A stretch of 39,597 nt of DNA from Klebsormidium nitens (taxonomy: Eukaryota > Plantae > Klebsormidiophyceae). Position 1 is the first letter of the stretch. Each line of letters starts with the position of its first letter. Below are positions 21,801-32,137 of this stretch, one piece after another. The position numbers and the translations under genes were made by a program. The stretch is from positions 37,585 through 77,181 of the forward strand of contig DF237213.1 in assembly GCA_000708835.1 (NCBI GenBank). Direction: 5' to 3'. Below the pieces are notes generated by a model. The model saw nothing but the letters and a program-made list of their open reading frames with translations, searched no databases and was not told the origin of the DNA.

Positions 21801-24800
21801 CCGGGGCAAGGGCCGGCGGGGAGCGCAGCACGTCCGACTCAACTTGCGCGGTTACAGCCAAGAACGGGAGCAGGAGCGGCAATGGGTGCAACCTCCAATG
21901 GGGTCGTGGACGGGACCGCGGGTGTTGCGCCCACAGGGTGGGGCCAAGCTGCAGCAGGTGGTCATCCTGGGTCGACAACTGGGCACCGGACTGGACCTGC
22001 ACTCGGACAGGGTTCCCTGCCAGCTGTCAGCCAGCCAGCGCGTGAGGCAAGCGGTCCGACTCAAGTGGCGGGAGGGTCTGGTGGGTGGGGAGAGGTGCCG
22101 GCGTTCCAGCATGATGTTCGAGGAGGGGCAGAGCCACGGATCGTAACCCGAAGGCCCCTCGCGGCGACCCCGAATCGGCTGGCCGCCAGCGTGCTGGCCA
22201 CTGTTGTGAGCTCACGCCAGAAGGAGGGGGCACAGATCAGCAGGGGCAGAGGGGGTCTGGGGGCATCTCCGGAGAAGGGCGGTCGAGCAAACAGGAGCGG
22301 GGCGGAGGGAGAGATGAAAGGACGGGCGACCGGGGGTCAGATTGCGGCAGCGCAAGGAGCGGAGCAAGATTATCAGGGGAGCAGCCTGGGCGCGCGTGAT
22401 GAAGAGCCCCCTGGCGCAACTGGCTGGGGGGACACGCCAGCTGCAAACAGTGGGGGACTGCAAGTCGAGCGGGGCAGGGGGCAGATCAAGGAGGCGGCAG
22501 CCGAGAGCGGGTTCTGGACGCTGGGGTCCCCTCCAGGCGCCACCCCCGCTCCCCCGCTGGACCAGGAATCGGTCAAGAGCACCTGGGACGCTGCCTGGCC
22601 CAACTCTGCCGTCGCAGGGCGCACCAACTGGGGGCAGCAGCGGGGGCCCGAGGGCCAGACGATCCTGGAAGGGAGGGGATCCGCCCAGAGAAGCGGCCCG
22701 CCCGGTCCTGCCGCCCCCGCGCCCCTCCCTGGGCCTGCGGCCAGCTCTGAGCATGCCTCCTCGGGGTGGAGAGGGCAGCCGCGCTCGGCCGCCTCAGGGT
22801 CTCTCAGCTCGTCTCAGCCGGGGGCCTCCATCAGCAGGGGCGAGCCCAGCACCGCAAGCTCGGGGCCTGCCCCGCGCCGCAGAGTGGAGAGGATCAACGC
22901 CAACGCGGTGCCGCCCCCTGACGTGTCCACTCTTCTGCGCGCTCCGTCCGGCAAAGCGGGCGTTCGGCCCGTTCTTGCTGCTCCCTCGTCGGCTCCTGCT
23001 GCGGCGGAGCCACTCATCAGCAGGAGCGCGGCCGCTGGGGCTCCTAGCAGGCAGCCAGGTGCTGCGCCGCCAGCCAAGGCCCCCGCGTACAGGCCGGAGG
23101 ATGCGGTCGTTCTCGTGACTGCCAGCGAGGGGAGCGGCTCGGGGCGGGTACCTCCCCAGAGCAGGCCTCTCATCGGCCGGCCTAGCACCACCCGGTCTCA
23201 GCCGCAGGCACCCAAGGCGTCTCCTGTGGTAAGCCTGGAACGGGAAGCTCCCCGGACACCTGCGCAAGACGTGCGGTCCGCCAGCCTGCCCAAGGCTTCC
23301 GGTGCCTCCAAAGGCAGCGTGTCGGAGCGGCCTGAGCGGAAGGCGCTGCTGCGGGCGGTGTCATCGGCGTCGAGCACAGGCAGCACCAGCAACTCGAAGC
23401 TGGCAAACAGGGGACAGGGGGAGGTCGCGGGACGGGGGAACGGGCCAGGACAGGTGGCGCCCCTGGGAGCCTTCCAAGAGGATACGCAAGAAGGGGCGAA
23501 CAAGGAGGCCCGACGCTTGGAGCGCACGCAGGAGGAGGCGTCCCTGCCAGAGGGGAATCAGGAACAGGAGGGAGAGCAAAAGATGGTCAGTGGAAGTGCC
23601 GAAGGGGCGCACGATCCTATGTCAGCGAGGGTGCACGCTGGGGCGAAACAAGAAGCTGAGGGTAGAGGCGCTTCCGTGAAGTCGGTACGGGGGAGCGAAG
23701 TGGAGCCGCTGGGCCCGGCAGAAGTGGCGGAAGCGCGGGATGCAGCACCGGATGCTCCAGGGAGAGGTGAGAGAACCGAGCGGACGGAGGCTGCCACACT
23801 ACGTGGCCAGGACGGAGAGGAGGGGGCGGTCGCTGGCAGCAGCGACAGCGATGGAGTGCAGGCAGTCGAGCAAGGTGAGGCCGCGACCCCCGCAGGTGGC
23901 ACCCCTGCAGGAGACAAGGACAAGAGCGCCACAGGAGGGCCAACGAGCGAGTGCGGAGCCGAGGAGCAGCAACCAGCGGCGGATGCAAAGGAACCGGTAG
24001 AACTGACCCCCAGGGGCAGTGCGCCAGACTCGGTATCCCCGGGCTTTGCTACGGGTACATTTCCGGCTTCTGCGGCTGCGCAGCTACTAAAGCGGTCCAC
24101 GCCCCTTCGTGCTGAGGCACCGGAGTTTGTGGCGGGGGCCGCACGAGCGTGGTCCCCCCTTCGAGCTGAGGCCCAAGTCTTTGTTGCAGGCGTGGGGCTG
24201 GTGGAGGACCCTGCCGCATCGCACGGGGCCTCAAGAAATGCAGCTTGCCCAGGCCCGAAGGCAGGAAACGAGAGCAAGGCAAAGGACGAGGCGAGAGGAG
24301 AGATCAACGGGCGGAGCGGGGGTGGGCAGACCCGCGCGCGGAAGTGGGCCTCAGAGACGAGCGAAGAGGAGCAGCGTTTTGAAGAGGGGCATGCTGCGCA
24401 GCACGGGGCCCCGCAGGGAGAAGGACCGACGAGAAACGGCCACGAAGAGGTTGCTCGGGAGGAAGCCGCTTCTGTAAGTCAGCAGGGACGCGTTGCTGGC
24501 GGGCCTTCGGGGTGGGGCGACGCGAAGAAGCCGGAGGCGGAGGAGAAACCGTCAAAATGGGGGACAGCGAATCATGTGAACGGAGGCCTGGAGGAGGTGG
24601 AGGACCACCCGTTTGCGCAGAGGACGGGGCAGGGCGCGCGGCCGGAATCCGGCATGCGGCCGTGGTCAGACGAGGCGGCGGCTCCGGCTGCGCCGCGCGG
24701 CAAGGGCGCGGGCAGCGGTAGCTGGGTGAGCGACGACTCGGGGAGCGTGCGCAGCGTGGGCGTGGACGTGGGCCGCTGGGCGGAGGAGGCGGCCATCAGC

Positions 24801-27645
24801 ACGCTGTCGGAGCACGAGGCGCTGCTGCACGACAGCCCGCACGGCTTCGAGGGCGCCACCGACAGCGGCAGCGGGCGCGGGGGCAGCACGGGGAGCAGCC
24901 GCGCGGGCAGCAGCGAGGGGCGGCGCGGGCCGGTGTACCGCATGAAGATGCAAAAGTTCCAGCTGGCAGCCATCAAGGCCAACCAGGTCGGGGGGGGGCC
25001 GCCCACCGGGTGGGAGGCCGTGCCCGAGGAGGGGGCCACGCCGGGGAAGGGCCTGCCAGGCACCGAGCCAGGTAGAGATTAAGACTTACTTTAATATGCC
25101 AGAGGCTTGCTGCAGATCTCCCTGAGCATCTCACGTGTCACTCCCTAGTCTATCACTTCGTGGTTAGCGTACCCACACCACTGTCCCATGTCTCTCTTTG
25201 TTTGGCGGTTGCTAAAACCTCGTGTTCAGGGGGAATATACACCATAGTTTTCGGGTTCCCTTCTACGCGTCTCCTTTCGTGGTGACAGTGAAATGCTCGA
25301 CTCATCGAAATTTGCAACAGGCACTTTGAAGCCCGTCTGACTCGGGTTGTTTCTCCATACAGGCCCCTCCGTCGCCACTGACGCGCCGCCTGCTGCCATG
25401 CATTCCGAGCCTCAGGACGTCCGTGACTGGGTGCGCCCCAAGCTGAGGCCGGACAGAGCAGGCCCTCTGTTGGACACTCCGGGACCCAGCAGGTCAGACT
25501 GCCGGCTTCTGATTGTCACCCGCTCATGCAGTCTTCCGTTAACATAGACTCTAAAGAGTCCCCCAATATTCTGGTTTGTGTTTTAGAATGCGTCGCCCTT
25601 CTCCTGCTTCCGTAACAGGTTCATTTTTCCGTGCCTCGTCCATCTCGTTCTGCTCCCTGTTCGTCAGCGTTGTGCTTGTTCCAGCTCCACCCAAGCTTAC
25701 CCGGCCCACTTTTTGCAGCAGGCGGCACTTGCCGGTGCCCGTTCGTGAATCTTTCCTGTTTCCATATTCACAGTTCTCCTGGTCCAGTCGCCTCACTCTT
25801 GCGTCTTCTTGCAGGCGGCTAGCTGTGCCCCCTGCCGCAAGAGCGCCCCACAGGGCAGAGCCCGAGAGGCAGGACCGGCCGCCTGCGCCAGCTCAGCCCA
25901 CAGCCGCAGATGAAAGAGCAGAGCCAGAAGGGGGTTTTCCTGCAGAAGAGGCAGTCCGAGCAACGGGATGGGGTGATGCGGAGGGGGCAGAGCAAGAAGC
26001 GTTGGCAGGGACTGAGGAGGTCGAGGCACGTGGTTGGACCGAGCCGCCACGAAGGCGAGAAGAGGCCAGCAAGGCAGGCGCGCACCGGGGGGAGAGGCGC
26101 GGCGGCAGGCTGGACGAGAGGGCGCGATCAGCCGAGGTGTACAACGAAGCGAACGGGGGTTCAGCTCAGGAGACAGACGTGGCGGTGGGAGCGGAAGAGC
26201 CCGGGGCGCCAACGGGGTGGGGAGGCGACGTGGCGGGGCCGTCGGCAGTGCAGAGTGAGCCGAAGGCGTACCCTCAGGATGAGAGGGGAGCATCAGGGGG
26301 CCTGGGTGTCGCGGATTACGCCGAAATTAGCGAGGAGCGCGAGTATGGCATGGCACCGGCAGACGAGGCGCAGCCAACCGGCTGGCCGGAAGAGGGGAAG
26401 GCCGAGCGGGGAGGGCCGTACGAGGGGCACACAGGCGTTGCGGCTGGCGAAGCCACGAGAGAAGACCCGCACGCTGACGTCAGCATGGAGTACGAGGAGT
26501 CGTGGGACGGCGAGGATGACGCAAGCGCGTCGGAAGCGGAGAGCTCTCCTCGGGGCGGCTTGCAGAAGGCGCCGCTTCGGATTGGGGCGCAGGACGTGCG
26601 GCTGGTGGAGGGGACGCTGCCGGCCACAGCGCTCAAGCGCAGCACCGTCAATCCGACGCTGCTGCCAGGGACACAGCGCGGCGCGGGGCAAGCGCAGGAA
26701 GCGGCGAGCCGCATGGAGGTCGGGGTGCAGGATGCACGGCTGCTGCCCGTGGAACGGTCAGAGAGGCTGGAGAGATCGGGACAGCGCAAGAAAAAAGACC
26801 GGAAGGGGAAGGGGAGCAGGGAGAAGAAGGAGCGGAGGCGCGAGGAGAGGAGGCTCGAGGAGAGGAGGCGCCGCTCGGGTGGTTCGAGAACGCCGCAGGG
26901 GGCCTCGCCTGGCGGGGACCTCAGCGAGAGAGGCGTGCTACCCGGTCCTTTGCGGCAGACGCCCGGTGCCAGTGGGAATAACACGCCGTCGCCGTCCCGA
27001 GTTCCCCCCTCCGGGTGGAATGCGGGGGGGGGATCCCCGGTGACGCCCGCCAGCATCCTGCAGGCCGTGGAGCAGCCGAGCCCCGGGGGGCGGAGCAGCC
27101 GGCTGAGGAAGGAAGGAGGGGGCAGGGGGACCAAGGAGCAGGCACAAACAGCGAATGAAGGACGGACTTGGCAGGACGCGGCAGAGGCGTCCGTGCAAGA
27201 GCGGGCCAGCAATCGCGCAGGTGCATCGTTGGCAGCCGACACGGAGGCGGGCATTCTGGGGAAGGGCGGGCCGGTGGCGCCGAGCAGGACGAGCGAGGAT
27301 TGGCCGCGGGACTCCACTGGAAGACGAGCCAGCAGTCAGCGCCGCAGTGCCGGGAATGCACAGGGTACCCAACCCGATGCCGCGAGAGACGTGAGCCAGG
27401 ACAGCAGCCACCTACAGCGAGAAGAGGGGTCGTCCCAAAAGCGCGAAGTAGGCAGCGTTGGAATCGAGGCAGCGGGGGGGGGCAAGGAGAGCGACGCTGG
27501 GGGGGCCGGGGGTGATGCAGACAAGCAGAGCAGTGGCAGCGGCGGGCAGCGCGGCAGCAGTGGCCAGTCAGCCAAGCGGGCGGTCCGACCGTCGGGAGTG
27601 TGGTCTGTGCGAGATAGGCGAGGGACGTCGACCAGTTCTGCGTGA
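18876..27645 (+). CDS. Very large (~2,378 aa) RNA-binding scaffold: FMRP/FXR-like KH0-KH1-KH2 module plus long disordered GW/WG-rich tail with two PAM2-like motifs, 7 exons
   Basis: Exons 18876-20003, 20310-20471, 20723-20971, 21204-21293, 21525-25071, 25363-25492, 25815-27645; all GT-AG and phase-consistent (7,137 nt). KH1 reads EFQVPLQALPHVFGVNGSNLAQVQAECGVERVLVD...VRIVGRSREAVAAARSRLE (GxxG = GVNG). Confidence 0.8.
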
Positions 27646-29397
27646 ACCAAAGCCGACTTTAGTTTTGCAGGTCACTTTGTCTATGGTGGTACTTGGTTAG
27701 ATCCGAGTCAAACAGTTTGAGGCGGTGCCAGGGCATGTATGTAGCGGGGCTATGATGCGCAGTGCGTTCCAGTGGTCTTGTTCTGTGTTCAGTCAATGCT
27801 GCTATAGCTTGATCTTGATGAATCAATACCTAGTCGACAGCGATAAGCACGCCAGGTACTTGTTTGTGAAACAGCTTTGCTTAACCGCTGGCGGGCCTTT
27901 GATAACCTGATACTCGATCGTCCTTCCCACCTTGCTGGTATCTTTTATTGGTGGTCAAAGTGACGTTGAGTTGGTCAAGTCGAACTGAGATAGACAAGCA
28001 TATGCTTTATCGTGAAGGCTTGATCTCTTTGCTTGGTTGATTGCGGCCCTAAGCAGGTCGCTTTGCCAATTTGATCGAAAGATCGTGACTCAGTGAAATG
28101 GTCAATTCTTTCAACAGACTCCCTTGTGACGAATTTTGATCACTCATTGTGGCTTGCATCGCAACGAGGGCCGCCCCGTGTGCATGGCATGTCCGACCAA
28201 CTTGAGGCGGCTGCCCACGCTGAGCGCAGCGGCAGGCTTCCTGTTACTGTGCGGATCTTCGTGTTAGTGGCTTGGTGCGCAGTGCTGATGCCATGCATGG
28301 CGGACTTGAAAACTTGACGTTTTTGACTAATTGCATGTGAGTGACCGTCGCGGCTCGATCCGTTCAATCCAGGAGCAGAGACGTACGTAACAAATAATTG
28401 CATATATATGATCGTAAGCTTGAGTCAGCATGCAATCAAAGTCCAGCCTGTCGAATATGCATCAACACTGTTACACCGCGAGCAATGATGGCGACTCGGC
28501 GAGAGCTCTGGCCAGGCTCATGGCTGGCACTGTAAGCGCTCGCGGAGTCAGCTGACCGCGAGCCCGGCGCGAGCTGCCACAACTTGTCACGATAAGGATT
28601 TGATCGTCATTCGCGCACAAAAATGCATCAGTATTATTGCATCATGTGCGCACATTCCGTACCCACCGTATGCTGCCAACAAGCGACTGGACAGCAAGTT
28701 TAGCAGCTGAGGCCCGGGCCAGCCGGGCCCGCGGCCTGTAAGCAAATCACTCATGAGATTGCCAATGTTGGATTGACCTGGATCGGCGCCTGAAGCCTCA
28801 TTTCATGCATCGTGCGCGCAATGGTGCCATGAATCACATGCTTGTGCAAGGGCATTGTACATGAAGGGTCCATGGGTGAGTCCGGGCGACGATGCCAGCA
28901 AATGAATGCATGGTTTGGTATGCAACCGGGGCCCTGCATCATTGCATTCCGCTGCATTTTCCACCTTTGCTTGGTTCAAGATCATGACATCAGATCGATC
29001 GCACCATTGCCTGGCACATGGCTTTCATTCGGGGTGGCTCGCGCGTACGAATGTGATTGCTAGACAAAAGGAGGGCCGCGAGCTGCTCGTCCGATCAGGA
29101 AGATGGGGCGAATGTACGGTCAGACCTGCGACGTGTGACTATTTCTATGTTCGTCCCATCTTCCTGACGAGCAGCGCGGCCCTGTTAGTACGAGACAATC
29201 ATTGCTTTGCGGACTGTCTGGGCGAATATTGAAGGCCGGTATCAGCGAGTTGTTGACCTTTCTAGCTTACGCAGCCCTTGCAACTAATTTACCGAAATGC
29301 GTCTTCAGGGAACTTTCTGATCGACATATCGCTACACATATTGATTCGACGACTTGAGGCACGTACATTTGACTCGTCAAAGTACGCAGACCTCATC

Positions 29398-31271
29398 TCA
29401 GAGGTCTTTGGTGGGAGTGACGGCTTCCACCCTCTCTGGTTGCTGAGACCTCCGTACGGCTTGGCTCGCAAGATGGCCCGCTTGCCGTTCCGCTAGCTGC
29501 AGCAAAAGATGAGGCACGGCCTGACCAACATGACAGAGCTCTCCTTCTAAGCCGAATGCAGGATTCTGGCCTTCCATGCTGCCTCAGGCATTTAAAGCAC
29601 AAGACGCGCAGTCGAAGGCCAGAAGCAAGTTCTTGAAGTGAGTTTGCTAAATGTCGAGCGCGAGTTCGACGGCGCACCTTTTCGAAGTACGTCCGTGGCC
29701 GTGCTGTCCTCGGCCGCGCTGTGGCCGGCCGCGCCGCGGGCTGTTCCGTCTGCACCTCCATGCACACTGCCGGCGACGCCGGGCGCGCCGACTGCGGCCG
29801 CCTCGCACTCATGTTTGCTGCTTCTCCCTCCTCTTCTCGCTTGCCGCGGCAGCCCGCGCTCTCTTCTCCGCCATTCCGCCACGCGCGAACAGCCTCCAGG
29901 AAGGAAGCCTGGTTGCGCTCCTCGTCGAAGTCGCCGTCTAGGAGGGAGCCCCCAGGCTCGCCATTCCGCGCGCTCGTGCTGCCGGGGCGGTCGCGGGCCT
30001 CCGAGTACTGGGCCTGCATCCAATGAGACAAATATGGCTCGAACATGTAACGAACGAGTGTCTCATCATGACCGCACCAGACATCGAGAAAGTCGCGTGC
30101 TGTGGACCTGGTAGATAAGGATGTGTCAAGACTATCCTGAACGACAAGGGCGCGCTTAGTTGCTGCCCAGTGCATTGGCGTCCAGCTTGGTGATGTTGCC
30201 TCTTACCGCTGGGTCGAAAGTTCTCCTTGGTGCGCCGGGCCGCTCTGTCTCCCCGGCTCCGCTCTCAGACGCTCTCTTCGGAGAAAGTGGGGGCAGCTTA
30301 GCGGGTGGCCGCCGAGGTCCAACGCCAATCCGATAGTCTGCAGGCAATCTCCCGCTGTATTAGACCCATCCAAGCAACCCTGTCTTCGAAAACGCTTGTC
30401 AAAATTGCATCCTCATTGTCATTGACACAGTCTTGAACCGTAAGATTTGGTTCTCACCTGGCATGCTACTCGTCTTGAATCCGGATGCTGTATATGCTGA
30501 CCAGGACCCAGCTTTCTTGGGGCCTGCAGATGCAGGCAAAGGCCCGCTCACGTCTCTCGTGATCTGCTGCAATGGGCCGGGCTGCAGACAGTAGGTCCAA
30601 CGTTCAGAGACACGGGTAGAAAGTGCACCACCGTTAAGACGGGCAAGACTGTCGAGCAAGCGGTCCATGGAGTCAAATGGCAAAGCAATGAGTGACCACC
30701 TTTGACAGGCGACTGCCAAGACACCTCATCATCCAGCTGTTGCACGGAGTCGCCTAGCATTCAGCCACTTTGAGGAAAAACTGATGCACTTTGCCCTACA
30801 TCAGCCCCCACTCTGAGGTGCAATCCTCTTGTGCATCACAGCATTGTGCGCGCAGTGCGGCGGCTCACCCTGGCGCTGCCCCAGATGCCGCCTGTAGTAA
30901 GCGCACGGCGCACTTCGTCCCGCTTGTGCATCTCTTTCTGCATCGCCTCCCGCAGCTGCCGCAGCTTCCTCTCCAGCTCCGCATTCTCCTCCGCCAGCAC
31001 CGAGCTCGCCTCGTGCCGCCGCGCCTTCACGCCCTCGCTCGCCGACAGCGAGTGCCTGCAGGAACGCCGTAAAAAGGTCTGACCACCTGGACCAGCTACT
31101 AGGGCACACAGCTCTCGTTGGTTCACCTTGAGCTCTGTTTGAGCCGGACGTGCCTGGAAGAGATGTAATCTCCACCTTTATTCCGGGACCAGCAAGCTCT
31201 TTGATGGTTCTCAGAAGGGCGTAACTTTCTTCAACAATACTTGTGGTGCCTTACCTGCGCTGCGTTGCCAT
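29398..31271 (-). CDS. ZBBX-like ciliary protein lacking an evident B-box, ~297 aa, 6 exons
   Basis: Exons 31271-31255, 31055-30869, 30581-30458, 30337-30207, 30013-29678, 29496-29398; in phase. The N-terminal coiled coil EENAELERKLRQLREAMQKE...WGSAR and the motif GDFDEERNQASFLEAVRAWR resemble the two conserved blocks of ZBBX (from recall). Confidence 0.68.
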
Positions 31272-32137
31272 CCTGCTGACTGAAGTAGGCAGGCTTGCTG
31301 GTGGAGTTGCAAGCCTCAAGGGTCCTTTGCTCTTCAAGCTAGCTCGTTTCAAAACACTGTGGCTGGATCCAGTGCAAATGGGCGCAAAAGTTGCGATCTC
31401 AAGGGCGGCCTTTCTTGGGGTTTTGCAAAGCTTATATCTGCAAACCTTCAACCCGAGCTTACTGATTGTGCAACGGTACAGATGAGCAGTGTCCTTTTTG
31501 CAGCCTCGTCAAAGCTCGATTTGAAGGCCACCCGTAGCACCAGACCTTTTGTTTATTGAGCCCAAGAGCTCCTTCCGTAATACGTTTGAGATGCTTTCCA
31601 CGTTCGCAGTGTTAAGTTTACAAGTTTGCCCTCGTGAAGTACTGCGCATCGGGCAATTCAATGATCTTGAAGGCAGCCTTTTAAGGCTTCAGGGCTTTGA
31701 GTTGTACGGATCCCTATGGTCAAGCAGGACCTAGGGCCCCTAGTAGCTAGATAGGTACCGTTGTACCGTAAAGATCCACAAGTGTGTCAACTACCACCCG
31801 TATGTACTCTGTCCATGCCCGTCGACGCTCAGCTATTTATTTGCAGCCGTCCAAACTCTTCATCGGACTGCTTTGATTGGGCAGAAACGCAGCGGAGGAT
31901 GCAGTCACTGACATCAAAGAACCGGCTGACGTTTCACCGAGCCGGTTATGAACAGCAAACTCTTCAACCTCAGGACGGCGGACGGCAGGAGACGGTTCAT
32001 ATGGGCACCTCGGCAAAATTGAAAAGGTCTGCACCATCGCAAAATGTAAGCAGCAATGCAGGCAGGGGATTGCGCGGGCGAAAACCTCAACGGCAGACCT
32101 AGGGGGGAAGACAATTCCTGAATCCTCACATGGTAGG

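Noticed and set aside
27646-27700. Possible extra terminal exon of the KH/GW gene at the TTTTGCAG acceptor near 27670
   Set aside because: The exon 7 frame already closes at TGA 27643-27645 and no convincing in-frame donor was found; at most a 3' UTR intron.
30547-30551. GTGAG donor after a 30-nt mini-exon in the ZBBX-like gene
   Set aside because: It breaks the reading phase with downstream exons; the donor at 30457 keeps the frame through the conserved FDEE...WR motif.
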